A stretch of DNA of 62,807 bases from an uncultured virus (IMG/VR IMGVR_UViG_3300027732_000008) (Duplodnaviria > Heunggongvirae > Uroviricota > Caudoviricetes): IMG/VR virus record IMGVR_UViG_3300027732_000008; one strand, 5' to 3'. Of the stretch, positions 1 through 9,964 are shown piece after piece (positions within the stretch are counted from its first letter, which is position 1; every line of letters begins with the position of its first letter). The notes below the pieces were generated by a model. It made no database searches. It was not told where the DNA came from and was given only the letters and a program-made list of their open reading frames with translations. Made by a program: the position numbers and the translations under genes.

Positions 1-998
1 ATTTCGTTAGCGCCTTTGTAACCAATTAGAACTGGGGCGGCATCGCCTGCGTAATGGTTAACATAAACACGAACTGAACTGTTTAGTGTACCAACAAACT
101 TTGTATTTGTAGGAGCTTCAAATGTACCTTCTGTTGTACGAGCAAATGCGCTGGTAGTAGCAGATTGTAGAATTGTCAATGCTGTTGGGCTAATAACAAT
201 GTAGTTACCAGCACCACGACGTGTACGGCTAGCGATGTCGTTAGCGGCACGGTTGATCAACACAGCCAATGCGGCGTGTTGGTCACCAACGAAGTTGGCT
301 TGACCTGATACTGCTGACTGGTCGTATGTACCAAATGCACTACCTGCTAAACCAATCAATGAACCAATGATTTCTTGGTCAATTTCAGCAGTAATTTCTT
401 GTGCTAGAGCGGCCATGATTTCTGCTTCAACGTCAACACCATGAATGGCTTGTGCGTCTTGAGCGGCTTCAAATGTCCAACGAGCTGATAACCTACGGCT
501 CTTAGCTTCTACAGTCTCTTTCAAGATCTGGATGTTCATTCTCTTACCAGCAGTACCTTCTAATGTACCTGTTGTTTCAGCTTTACCAGCTGAGCTACCA
601 GAATACTGAGTAGCAATGCTGAATGGGCTTAGAGCTTCATCGTTTGCTGTAACAGCTTTACCGATGTTGCCATCAGCGGCTGAACTTGCACTTACTGAAT
701 CTGCATAACGCACACGCAATGTGTGGATCTGAGATACTGGACCTTGCATTGGTTGTACACCAACTAATTCGTTGGCAATGGTTGTTGGCATTACACGACG
801 AATAACTGGTAAAATAACCTTGTTTAGAACAGCAACATTACCCTGTGCAGTTGCACCAGCAGTTGCAGTTTCTGTCAAATACTTTTTAGTATTTTCTAAA
901 CAGACTTCCATTGTGGACTTGCGTTGTCCAGTTAGGCCTTCTGTTAAAGCCTGCTTGGTAGCAGACCAATTTTTAGCTTCAAATAGAGCTTGTGACAT
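1..998 (-). CDS. gp23: Major capsid protein, T4 gp23-like (3' end runs off the window)
   Basis: Manually translated from ATG at 998 (SD AAGGAG upstream): MSQALFEAKNW...ILPVIRRVMPTTIANELVGVQPMQGPVSQIHTLRVRY...KETVEAKSRRLSARWTFEAAQDAQAIHGVDVEAEIMAALAQEITAEIDQE, which carries typical gp23 motifs. Missing from the ORF track because it is truncated. Confidence 0.95.
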   Translation of the reverse strand, partial: MSQALFEAKNWSATKQALTEGLTGQRKSTMEVCLENTKKYLTETATAGATAQGNVAVLNKVILPVIRRVMPTTIANELVGVQPMQGPVSQIHTLRVRYADSVSASSAADGNIGKAVTANDEALSPFSIATQYSGSSAGKAETTGTLEGTAGKRMNIQILKETVEAKSRRLSARWTFEAAQDAQAIHGVDVEAEIMAALAQEITAEIDQEIIGSLIGLAGSAFGTYDQSAVSGQANFVGDQHAALAVLINRAANDIASRTRRGAGNYIVISPTALTILQSATTSAFARTTEGTFEAPTNTKFVGTLNSSVRVYVNHYAGDAAPVLIGYKGANE

Positions 999-1015
999 TT
1001 TGTATGTCTCCTTAA

Positions 1016-2128
1016 TTAATTCTTAATTCCAGCGAGTTTACGAAGTTGCTGAATTGTTTCATCAGCTTCGGCTGGGGCAGTAACTGACTCATTAAGAGCT
1101 TTGTTACCTGTAACCACAGTCTTCTGTGATTGCTGTCCTTCAACTAGTTGTTTCTTCTCTCGACGAACTTCTTCGTTTAGAACAGATGGCAAGTATTTCT
1201 GGAATTGGTCTTTTAGTTTACTGGTATCAGTACCTTCTAATAACTCTTCCATAACGCCACGCTTGTCTTTTGACAATGGTGAACATAATTCTTGCATAAC
1301 GCGAACTCGCTGTGCTTGATCTTCCGCAATGCGCTGACGACGAAGCGACTCGCTAATTTGTACTTCTTTATGTGTTAGTTTTGTATTAGCCTCGGCCAAT
1401 TGGCCTTGAATTTCGATGATTGATTTGTTAAGCTGGCTAACGGCAGTGCCGTCTGCAAACTTAGATGCCATAAATTCTGCGGCAAAAGCTTCCATGATCT
1501 TACGACCAAAGTTGTTTTCTTTTGCTTCACGAATATCTGTTTTTAACTGTGACATTTCTTTCTTGAATGATTCTGTAACTAGACCGTTGATCTTGCTACT
1601 GGCTTTCTGGATGAAAGCTGTACGAGTTTCATTAATTGCTTTACGGCCTTCGGACACTAGTTTTACGCGAGCGTTTACCAATGCCTTGTGATCTTCATGC
1701 AATTCAGTTAATTCGCCTGTTAACTTGCGTAATGCAAATTCTTCTAAGCGAGAAATACTTTGTTTTTGTGCGTTACGATCGCCACGAAGTTCTGCAATTT
1801 CTTTGGCAAGTGTTTCCAGTACCAATTTTTGTAGCATTGTAGCATCTTCTTTGATCTTTGTAGCATACTTCACACGCTGAACAATTGCTTGTTCACGCAG
1901 TGATTTTAAATCTGTTGCTCCTGCATTGATAGTATCTTGCATTAACCTATCCATTGCTTCGATAAGTTGTCCTCTATCATGCTCGTAGCGTGAAGCAAAT
2001 TCTTCACGCAATTCTGCCGTTACAGTTTCACGGCTTTCGGCAATGTGTTTTTCCCAAGCGGCGTTGATATTCTCACGCACCTCTTCGGATAAAACAACTG
2101 AGCCCAGCATCTCTGTAAAATTACTCAT
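1016..2128 (-). CDS. Prohead core/scaffolding protein (gp22-like)
   Basis: 370-aa coiled-coil, E/K-rich protein located between the protease and capsid genes, as in T4. Confidence 0.8.
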   Translation of the reverse strand: MSNFTEMLGSVVLSEEVRENINAAWEKHIAESRETVTAELREEFASRYEHDRGQLIEAMDRLMQDTINAGATDLKSLREQAIVQRVKYATKIKEDATMLQKLVLETLAKEIAELRGDRNAQKQSISRLEEFALRKLTGELTELHEDHKALVNARVKLVSEGRKAINETRTAFIQKASSKINGLVTESFKKEMSQLKTDIREAKENNFGRKIMEAFAAEFMASKFADGTAVSQLNKSIIEIQGQLAEANTKLTHKEVQISESLRRQRIAEDQAQRVRVMQELCSPLSKDKRGVMEELLEGTDTSKLKDQFQKYLPSVLNEEVRREKKQLVEGQQSQKTVVTGNKALNESVTAPAEADETIQQLRKLAGIKN

Positions 2129-2138
2129 GGTTTTTTCC

Positions 2139-2780
2139 TCAGACTTTCTTTAGATTCGTAATGAATCTAGTAACCTCTGACTCGAGGTGTTTTTGTGCGG
2201 ACCTATCGTAGGTCGCCGCGTAGGCCACATCCATTAGAGCGGCACGTCTACGACTGCCCATTACTCTTTCATAAATTGGTGTTGGATAAGCTTCTGGAGC
2301 ACTTGGTTGTGCTACAACATCAACAGTGACAATCTCAAATTCAGAAACATTACCAGATTCCTGGACATTTCCTGAGCCTCGACTGCTGACGCCTAACTTA
2401 ACACCACTTTCAAGTAATGTTTTGATAATGTTACCCATTGGTGTTGGGATAAGTTTTAATTTACCATAACCATTGGGGCCATCCATCCACATCTCAGTGA
2501 CCATATGACTTACTCGGTCAATGTTCACTTGTAGATCGTCTGGATGATCTGCTTCTCCTAGAACGGAGAAACCACTATCTAATCGTTTACGAATGCTCTC
2601 TACAGCATTGGTGATTTCATTTACAGGGTAGATACGCTGATTGTGATTGCGTACTCCACCTTGAATAAAAACACCTTTCATGTAGAGATCCTTACCGCCA
2701 CTGGCTGTGTCTTTAGTTTCAAGAACCATTTGTGCTTGATCAAAAGATAAGTTTTCGCGTAGTGGCTGTAGGTTCTGCAT
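2139..2780 (-). CDS. gp21: Prohead protease, T4 gp21-like
   Basis: Motifs GVFIQGGVRNHNQRIYP, LGEADHP, VSH, LGVSSRGSG and DVVAQPSAPEAYP. Confidence 0.95.
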   Translation of the reverse strand: MQNLQPLRENLSFDQAQMVLETKDTASGGKDLYMKGVFIQGGVRNHNQRIYPVNEITNAVESIRKRLDSGFSVLGEADHPDDLQVNIDRVSHMVTEMWMDGPNGYGKLKLIPTPMGNIIKTLLESGVKLGVSSRGSGNVQESGNVSEFEIVTVDVVAQPSAPEAYPTPIYERVMGSRRRAALMDVAYAATYDRSAQKHLESEVTRFITNLKKV

Positions 2781-2783
2781 GGT

Positions 2784-3581
2784 TTAACCCTTAGGTAAGA
2801 CTGAAGGACTTGAACCAGCTTCGCGTCCAGGAGCGGCACCAGGTTTTGCAACCTTGCTAACTGCTGGGCGAGTTGTTCCGCCTAAATCTTGTGAACTTGG
2901 TGCTTTAGCTGGTGATGTACCGCTGGCAACGCCTTCCCCACTTGTGCTTCCGCCAAATGATGTTGATGGACGAGCCATCATTGGATTGCGTTTTGCAACT
3001 GGGCTAGTAGTATTAGTAGCACCTGTTACACTATTTGCACCTGAACCTGCGCCTACTGCTTGACCTTCTGAATTGGCATCTAGTTTTACTCGTTGTAATT
3101 CTAGAGCTTCTTCTAAAGACTCGCCTGTTGGCATTGGCATTTCTTCAGCACCCATTTCTGGACCCATTTCTGAATCCTGGTCACCTTCACCGGATACCAT
3201 CTCTTCAAATTCTGCTTTTAGTTTGGCTAAGGCTGATTCTACATCTAACATTGCGTCAGCAACATCAGCGGCATCAGAACTAACTGGTTCTGCACCTTCT
3301 TCGCCATTGTCCATGCCGGCTTCTAAATCATCAGCTGGTACTTCCAAATCTTGGACACCGGCTTCTTCATCGCCTTCGGCTTCTTGTGTTAAATCTGCAT
3401 CAACTTCGTCTACGGAATTGATGGCTTCTTGTTGTTGATCTTCTTGATCATCATCAGTCATAATGTCTTCATAGACCTGACGACCAACGCTTACATAGTA
3501 ATCATGTAACAACGCACTAGCTTTATCTTCTTCTTTATTCAAAAGATGATCTAATGCCTGTTCTAGAACTGTTTTACTCAT
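2784..3581 (-). CDS. Acidic prohead core/internal protein (hypothetical)
   Basis: Start re-assigned to ATG 3581 (AAGGAG SD). Very D/E-rich N-half and G/S/P-rich C-half; lies in the head module. Confidence 0.6.
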   Translation of the reverse strand: MSKTVLEQALDHLLNKEEDKASALLHDYYVSVGRQVYEDIMTDDDQEDQQQEAINSVDEVDADLTQEAEGDEEAGVQDLEVPADDLEAGMDNGEEGAEPVSSDAADVADAMLDVESALAKLKAEFEEMVSGEGDQDSEMGPEMGAEEMPMPTGESLEEALELQRVKLDANSEGQAVGAGSGANSVTGATNTTSPVAKRNPMMARPSTSFGGSTSGEGVASGTSPAKAPSSQDLGGTTRPAVSKVAKPGAAPGREAGSSPSVLPKG

Positions 3582-3712
3582 TATTAGTCTCCTTGCGCTA
3601 AGGGGCACACATAAGAATGTGCTTTACCAATAACTACTTACTATTGGCACATAATAATGAAGTTCATATGGTAGAAAAAACGGTGTTTTTCTACTGAAAA
3701 ATTACAATTTTA

Positions 3713-3925
3713 TTACATTGACTGCTCGACAGGGCGAGCATACATTTTTTTGACTAATTGTAATCGTTGTTTGGTTTCGTATTTCCGTAAATCTCTGATT
3801 TTTCTTAAACGATTCACATGTTCAAGCGTCAAACGCTTCCTACGCAAATCGCCAAAGAAAGCAACTTCAGGATCGATTTCTTTGTCGATCTCATCTTGGT
3901 TGGCCATTAAATCATTGAATCTCAT
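3713..3925 (-). CDS. Small basic head-module protein (hypothetical)
   Basis: 70-aa ORF between the portal and core genes, preceded by a late-promoter motif. Confidence 0.7.
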   Translation of the reverse strand: MRFNDLMANQDEIDKEIDPEVAFFGDLRRKRLTLEHVNRLRKIRDLRKYETKQRLQLVKKMYARPVEQSM

Positions 3926-3930
3926 AAGTG

Positions 3931-3937
3931 TACTTAT
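3931..3937 (-). promoter_or_regulatory. Late promoter -10 element ATAAGTA, 5 nt before ATG
   Basis: Minus strand reads ATAAGTA-CACTT-ATG; resembles the T4 late promoter TATAAATA. Confidence 0.65.
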
Positions 3938-3949
3938 CCAAAATGTAAT

Positions 3950-5632
3950 TTAAGTTCCAGGCGGTGCTGGTGGTATTCCTAGGTCTGCGGCAGGTGCTCC
4001 AGCGTCGGCTCCACCTTCTGGACCTTCTGCTGGATTTGCATCAAGTCCACCTGACAGGTCTAAATCACTGTCATTTGGTCCAGATACGCCGGTTGCACTA
4101 AATCCTGCTCCAGCTTCTCCACTCATGTCTACTGCTTCTTCACCTTGATTTTCTTCACGCCACAGCGTTTCGTTTTCTAACAGTTCGTCATCATCCAAGC
4201 CCAAGTACTTCTTCAGTTTGAATCTATGGCTTAGATATGGAATTTCAGCAAGTTGACTAAACACACCTGCACGAGCTCCATCAATTTCAATTTCACGGTA
4301 ACCACTGAAGTTTTGTGGCTCTAACAAATCAATGTCAAAGTCAGAACTGTCAAGATTTACGCCTCTATTCTTCATAAAAGCCTTGAATTCGCGGTCGAGA
4401 TACGGAGCAATTAGCCCCTGTAGCCTACGACAATATCTGTTAAAACGGTACTCTTGAATCATTGCAGTACCCAGTTTTCCATCTGTATAAACTGCGGCAC
4501 TATCGTCTGGACCAGTTGGCAAATAGCTACTTGGAATACGCAGGCCACGCAATAACTTGTTGTTAAAGTACTTTAAATCGTCAATTTCACCTAGACCGGA
4601 ACCACCAGGTAATGTTTCAACTTTACTTCCACGACCGTCAGCAGTGGTGGCAAAGAAGAAATCTTCCAGCATGGTCAATGGATTGTAACTTGCATCCATT
4701 GTTGCTCCGCCACCTGTGCGAGTTGGAATTCTACGCTGGTGAATTTCGTTTTTAACACGCTCAACAAAGGCCATGGCCTGGTGAGCTGGTAAATTACCTG
4801 TGTCAATATAAAATACTCGGCGTTCTGGTGCTCGTTGCACACGATAGATGATGACTGCATCTTCAAGCATTTCTTTTTGCTTGTAGATTTTAAACACGCT
4901 GTCTAATATACTATTGCCAAACGGCCAAGTTCCATCAAGTCCTTCGTTCAGTGTCATGTGAATTATATGTTCACTGTCAATGGCTACTTCCTCCACTTGC
5001 TGTCCTGCTTTTGAATAGTTTACGCCAGTTGCAGGATATGGACCTTGTGGAGTGGCACCCATGGTTGAAAGTGTTTTGACATTGTCAATGGGTTTTGTTG
5101 CAACCTTTGAAGCAAAGTTTGGATGCACATTGCTAATGACATACTGTTCAACATCTCTGCCTTCTGCTTCATTGATAACTGCTCGTTTGACATCTGATGG
5201 ATTTACCCAGTACAACTCAAATGTTTCTGGATCACGCATGAAGAACTGGTCTCCATACTTGATGGCACTACGGAACATTCTAAAAATACGCTGATCCATT
5301 TTATTAATTGCACACCACTTCTTCAGTGACTCTTGTACAATCTTGCTTTCGCTGTCAGTTGGATCTTCTTTCCACATGATTCGGAAAGGTAAATTTGTAT
5401 CTAGTTCTGCTTGTGTACAGAACTCGGCAATGGTGTCTAATGCGGCATTGACTTCTGAGTCCGCATCCATCAAATCATATTGACCATAACGATCAACACG
5501 GTTTGGTTGTCCAGTGTATACATCTTGTAGCCAAGATGAGTATTTGGCCGAAGCCGCAGATGATCCACCTCGATTATTTGAAGTAAGTTCGGTTTCTGGA
5601 TCCCAGATTTTAAAGTGTTTTCGCCATGACAT
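3950..5632 (-). CDS. gp20: Portal protein, T4 gp20-like
   Basis: Motifs LEDAVIIYRVQRAPERRVFYIDTGNLP, MLEDFF, GRGSKVETLPGG and DDLKYFNNKLLRGLRIPSSYL. Confidence 0.95.
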   Translation of the reverse strand: MSWRKHFKIWDPETELTSNNRGGSSAASAKYSSWLQDVYTGQPNRVDRYGQYDLMDADSEVNAALDTIAEFCTQAELDTNLPFRIMWKEDPTDSESKIVQESLKKWCAINKMDQRIFRMFRSAIKYGDQFFMRDPETFELYWVNPSDVKRAVINEAEGRDVEQYVISNVHPNFASKVATKPIDNVKTLSTMGATPQGPYPATGVNYSKAGQQVEEVAIDSEHIIHMTLNEGLDGTWPFGNSILDSVFKIYKQKEMLEDAVIIYRVQRAPERRVFYIDTGNLPAHQAMAFVERVKNEIHQRRIPTRTGGGATMDASYNPLTMLEDFFFATTADGRGSKVETLPGGSGLGEIDDLKYFNNKLLRGLRIPSSYLPTGPDDSAAVYTDGKLGTAMIQEYRFNRYCRRLQGLIAPYLDREFKAFMKNRGVNLDSSDFDIDLLEPQNFSGYREIEIDGARAGVFSQLAEIPYLSHRFKLKKYLGLDDDELLENETLWREENQGEEAVDMSGEAGAGFSATGVSGPNDSDLDLSGGLDANPAEGPEGGADAGAPAADLGIPPAPPGT

Positions 5633-5656
5633 AGTTGACTTACTTACCTTATTTTA

Positions 5657-8600
5657 TTAACTCAGTCTAACCGGAGTATTTGCTTCGGATCCGCGGGTAT
5701 TGCCTCGGATGGCATCTAGATCATCAACAATGGACGCCAGGTAACCCAGTGCTTGTGTTAATATTTCCGGAGTCAATGGAGTTGCATTTAAACGATTGGC
5801 CACAATTGACTCTCCTGAACTCAATGACTCTGCTGTTGGTACAGTTCCCGACACTCCGGGTATTGACATGTCACTTGAGCTTGGCAACTGAATTTGACCA
5901 GCATCTTTCATCTGTGTCATTGCTTGACCAATTTGAGTGAGATACTGTGCTGTCAATCTAACTTCATCGCTGGCACCGGCTTTGGCAAACTCCAACAATT
6001 GGTCTTTGAAATTGCCCAATGCATCTTTATCAAATCCTTTAAGTCCAGCATTGATGTCAATTAGACCTGTACCAAAATTCTTTATGCCGTTGCCTAACTT
6101 TTCAATTTTGTCTGCCATTGGCGCCATTTGCATGATGCGTTCTAGTGGACCTTTAGATCCAACCAGTCCCAACAATCCAGAAACAATTCCACCACCAGCG
6201 GCCACAATGGCCGCGGCAGCAAATGCTGTCATACCCAGTGCAATGGCACCAAGTCCCAGTCCTACCATCATTAAATTACTACCACTTACCTCACCAAGCA
6301 TTTTTAGTGATTCAGCAAAGGGTTTCATTCCAACGCTGGCAATACCAAGTGCTAGGCCCATTCCTGCGGCAGTTACTCCAAGTGCGGCCAACGCCACTAA
6401 TCCTGCACCAAACATTAATGCACCCACACCCGACATCATTATTGCGCCCAGTGCAAAAACTGCGGCTCCTAGTATACCCAGTGCAATGGCCCCTTTTGTC
6501 AAACTTGCCCAATCAACTTCATTAAATGTTTGAAAGCCTTTGCCTGCTACCCACATGGCGGCACCCAGTGCGGCAATGGCCAATGCTCCTATTAGAATAT
6601 TTGCTGACATACCACCCAGCAACGAAGCCGCTACACCCAGTATACCTATTGCAACAGCACCTTTGACCAAGCTTCCCCAATTTACTTCATTAAATGATTT
6701 AAATCCTTGACCAGCTACCCACATTGTGGCACCCAGTACACCAATGACCAGAGCACCTTTAAGTATTGAAGCAGAACCTTTGTCTAACAATTTGGCCATA
6801 ACCACTAGACCGCCTATGGCCAGTGTTCCTTTGACCAAACTACCCCAGTTGACTTCATTGAATACTTTGAATCCAATTGCTGACAATGCCAGCGATGCAC
6901 CCAAGATTGCAATGACACCTGCACCTTTTAGTATTGAATTGGAACCCTTGTCTAATAATTTTGCAATTCCTATCAGGCCGCCCAAGGCAACTGTACCCTT
7001 GAGCATGCCTTCCCAAGTGACTTCACCAAAAGTTTTGAATCCGTGTGCGGCCAAGGCCAAGGCGCCACCCAACAATGCCAGTGTGCCTGCGCCTTTGATG
7101 GTTTTGTTGTCTCCCAGCTTGCCAAGAAAGTCTCCAAACGAGCTCATACCACTGCTGGCGGCCCCGCCTAGCTTGCTGAACATTCCGCCAGCTTTATCGC
7201 CAACAGTACTCAATGCTCCGCCAACACCGCTGCCTGCGCCTTTGCTGAACACACCACCAACAATTTTTCCACCAGCACTTGCGGCTCCTGCACCTTTGCC
7301 AAGTGCTCCACCCAGTATGCTTCCAATTTTAGCAAGTCCACCGCTGCCGCCAAATAGTGCCATTCCTATGCCGCCAAACACCAATGGAGTCAACAAACCA
7401 AGTACACCAATCATAGTGGCATTCAACCATTGAACAGCGCCACGCAAACTGTTTAGAGCCATATCCAGTTGATTCATTGTTTTGATATTGCCAGCTTCAG
7501 ATGTTGTTCCACCTAAATCCTTTTTGGCCTTCTTTTCAGCTTCTTCATTGGTCGCGGCTTGACCTATTGTGGTGCCAAAATTCAACTGACGTTGTTTGGC
7601 TTCCATGTATTTTAGGTCACCAACATTATATGAAGATGCGCCGCCAGCGGCTAGTCCAGCGGCTTCTCGTTGCATTTGAGCAGAGTATGCCCCCGAATCA
7701 AATTTGCCATTTCTTCCGCCAGCACCACCTGCATCAGCACCTCGACCAATGGCATTAATGGTATCTGCAAATTCTGGACCCATCTTTTCAATTGCAAAGG
7801 CCATGCCTTTGTCTCGAGTCTGTTGATCTTGCATCAGCAATGCAATCTGATTGGCATCACTGTCGCTCATGCCAGTGCCTTTCATCAATGCCATCTTGAT
7901 ATCTTCTGCACCTTCAATACCAAGTGTACTTGCTGTTTGCCCTGCTAGACTTCTTTTAAAATCATTGATACTTTTTAGCACTTCCTCAGCACTTAATCCA
8001 AAAGTATTACTCAATTTTCTTGCACTTTCCGCAGTATCAGCAAATGCTTTGGCTGATGCCTTTACTGCATCGTCACCGCGTTTGCCACTGAGTGCTGTCT
8101 GTTGTGCAATGGATGCCATCAATGTGGCCTGTGCTTCTTGACTCATTCCCAATTCACTTACTGCAACTGATGCTCTATCAACATCTTTAACAAAGTCTTT
8201 GCCAAGACGATTGTTTAGGGTCCTGGTAAAATTACTGCCGTTACGAAAGCCTCTAGACAAGTCACTTAAATTTTCTATTGCATCTTGACTGCCATTGCCA
8301 AAAGATTTAAAGCCCTGATTGCTTTCAGCAATAACTTTTATAAAGCTATCTCCAAGTCCACTCATCGTTTTTGCTTGTCTAATTGATCCTACTTTGAATG
8401 CACCTAGGTCAGCAAAGCCGCCAACACCTGCGGCATCTTTGGCAAAGTCACTCATTGCTCCCAGTGCAAAACTTGCGCCAGCCGCAAAGCCAAACAACAT
8501 CTTGCCAACAACAGTATTGGCTCCTCTGAATGTCTCTGCTAAGCCGCCTAAGGATTGATGAACTGTACCTGTTCCAGTTAATAATTCTTTACCAAATCGC

Positions 8601-8950
8601 TTGACGCCTGCTTCCTGGCGTTCCATTTCCCATTCTAAATCTCTTGTGGCTTTGGCCAATTCATCTTGTGCGTCTATAGTGTCGTCGACGGAATCACGAA
8701 GCTTTTCTAATTTTTTTCTTAGCCTTTCTACTTCTTTGCTATTTTCACCGTGCTTTTTTGTTGCGGCGGCCAGTAGTTTTGCATTTGAGTCAAGAGCCTT
8801 GTCTAATGCGGCGCTGCCGGTGTTGGCTTTGCCAGCTTTGCCACCAGTCTGGCCAACAGAACCATCGCCTTTGCCTCGACCCAATTGTGAGGTCAGGCGA
8901 TTCATTGCGGATATCAATTCATCTATTTTATGATCAGCTATTTCAGCCAT
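5657..8950 (-). CDS. Tail tape measure protein
   Basis: 1097 aa, Ala/Gly-rich and helical, with a hydrophobic repeat region containing periodic Trp; adjacent to the tail chaperone-like genes. Confidence 0.8.
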   Translation of the reverse strand: MAEIADHKIDELISAMNRLTSQLGRGKGDGSVGQTGGKAGKANTGSAALDKALDSNAKLLAAATKKHGENSKEVERLRKKLEKLRDSVDDTIDAQDELAKATRDLEWEMERQEAGVKRFGKELLTGTGTVHQSLGGLAETFRGANTVVGKMLFGFAAGASFALGAMSDFAKDAAGVGGFADLGAFKVGSIRQAKTMSGLGDSFIKVIAESNQGFKSFGNGSQDAIENLSDLSRGFRNGSNFTRTLNNRLGKDFVKDVDRASVAVSELGMSQEAQATLMASIAQQTALSGKRGDDAVKASAKAFADTAESARKLSNTFGLSAEEVLKSINDFKRSLAGQTASTLGIEGAEDIKMALMKGTGMSDSDANQIALLMQDQQTRDKGMAFAIEKMGPEFADTINAIGRGADAGGAGGRNGKFDSGAYSAQMQREAAGLAAGGASSYNVGDLKYMEAKQRQLNFGTTIGQAATNEEAEKKAKKDLGGTTSEAGNIKTMNQLDMALNSLRGAVQWLNATMIGVLGLLTPLVFGGIGMALFGGSGGLAKIGSILGGALGKGAGAASAGGKIVGGVFSKGAGSGVGGALSTVGDKAGGMFSKLGGAASSGMSSFGDFLGKLGDNKTIKGAGTLALLGGALALAAHGFKTFGEVTWEGMLKGTVALGGLIGIAKLLDKGSNSILKGAGVIAILGASLALSAIGFKVFNEVNWGSLVKGTLAIGGLVVMAKLLDKGSASILKGALVIGVLGATMWVAGQGFKSFNEVNWGSLVKGAVAIGILGVAASLLGGMSANILIGALAIAALGAAMWVAGKGFQTFNEVDWASLTKGAIALGILGAAVFALGAIMMSGVGALMFGAGLVALAALGVTAAGMGLALGIASVGMKPFAESLKMLGEVSGSNLMMVGLGLGAIALGMTAFAAAAIVAAGGGIVSGLLGLVGSKGPLERIMQMAPMADKIEKLGNGIKNFGTGLIDINAGLKGFDKDALGNFKDQLLEFAKAGASDEVRLTAQYLTQIGQAMTQMKDAGQIQLPSSSDMSIPGVSGTVPTAESLSSGESIVANRLNATPLTPEILTQALGYLASIVDDLDAIRGNTRGSEANTPVRLS
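6470..7045 (-). repeat. Four tandem 168-nt (56-aa) repeats inside the tape measure gene
   Basis: FxxFxEVxWxxxxKG units, with Trp codons at 6509, 6677, 6845 and 7013 (exact 168-nt spacing). Confidence 0.85.
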
Positions 8951-8993
8951 GTGTTTTTCTTAATCTGGGTCATTAGGACATTAAAGTACCACA

Positions 8994-9033
8994 TAAATAG
9001 ATTATGCATATTATAGGCCTATGAACCTATTTA
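8994..9033. promoter_or_regulatory. Face-to-face pair of late promoter motifs
   Basis: TAAATA on + at 8994-8999 (towards the gene at 9052) and TAAATA on - at 9028-9033 (towards the tape measure gene). Confidence 0.55.
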
Positions 9034-9051
9034 CCGTTAAGGATTAAGTAC

Positions 9052-9945
9052 ATGGATAAAGAAAACCCACTCAAGAAGCCCGTTTCGCAGGCTACTGCCA
9101 ACCCGTTGGCAAATTTTTACCGTAGACCTGGCACCTATGTCAGTTTACCCAGTAAAGGACGATACTACAGATCAGCTATCAAACTGTCTGACAATGGAGA
9201 ACTGGCAGTTTATCCAATGACTGCCAAAGATGAACTAGCACTGAAGAACCCGGATGCCTTACTAAACGGCGAAGCACTGAAACAAGTGTTGGCCAGTGTA
9301 GTGCCGGACATCAGCAATGTTAATGAAATTCCAGCACCCGACATTGATATGATTTTGGTTGCCATGCGTATGGCCAGCTATGGCGATGACTTGGATCTAA
9401 ATGTAAATCACAATTGTGCGGCCAGTGAAGGTAAAAGTCAAAGTGTCACAGTTGGGCTAGGATCAATTTTAGGCACAATGAAAGAGATTCCAGACGGTTC
9501 CGGAGAAGTGGTATTGTCAAACGGTGTCAAAGTGCTGTTACGACCTTACTCACTGGAAAATCAAAGCAAGTTGTTGAGAGTACAGTTTACAACCATGCGT
9601 CAGTTGCAGGCCATGGAAGCCAATGAAAAGAACACCATTGATCAGAAAGCTGATGTGGCCAACAAAGGTTACGACATGTTGACCAATCTAAGCCAGGAAA
9701 TTTTAGCAGGCAGTATCATTGCAGTTGTACTGCCAGACGGAACTGAAGTGACCAATTATGGACACATTTATGATTGGGTCAAGAACTTGGATCGTGCCAG
9801 TGCCGATCGTCTAGATCAAGAAATGAAACTGTTTGCAGATTATGGTATTACACGCACATTGGAAATGACTTGCGACTATTGCAAGGAGAAGTATACCACT
9901 GATATGCTGTTTGACCCAACAAGTTTTTTCGGCGCAGGCTCTTGA
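9052..9945 (+). CDS. Baseplate hub assembly/tail assembly chaperone (T4 gp26-like)
   Basis: Motifs YVSLPSKG, VYPMTAKDEL, DIDMILVAMRMASYG, C-terminal CxxC and FDPTSFF; AAGGA SD. Confidence 0.75.
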   Translation: MDKENPLKKPVSQATANPLANFYRRPGTYVSLPSKGRYYRSAIKLSDNGELAVYPMTAKDELALKNPDALLNGEALKQVLASVVPDISNVNEIPAPDIDMILVAMRMASYGDDLDLNVNHNCAASEGKSQSVTVGLGSILGTMKEIPDGSGEVVLSNGVKVLLRPYSLENQSKLLRVQFTTMRQLQAMEANEKNTIDQKADVANKGYDMLTNLSQEILAGSIIAVVLPDGTEVTNYGHIYDWVKNLDRASADRLDQEMKLFADYGITRTLEMTCDYCKEKYTTDMLFDPTSFFGAGS

Positions 9946-9964
9946 TGTTAGGAACCAACGGAGC
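9924..9964 (+). promoter_or_regulatory. Putative -1 ribosomal frameshift signal (T TTT TTC plus downstream stem-loop)
   Basis: In-frame X XXY YYZ heptamer at 9924-9930. Stem GCTCT...GGAGC spans 9938-9964. The -1 frame is open into ORF 9945-10166. Confidence 0.6.

Noticed and set aside
5680..8976. Long plus-strand ORFs (for example 5937-6533, 6726-7433) opposite the tape measure gene
   Set aside because: Antisense shadows of an Ala/Gly-rich gene; no SD or recognisable motifs. The same applies to most short nested ORFs in the track.
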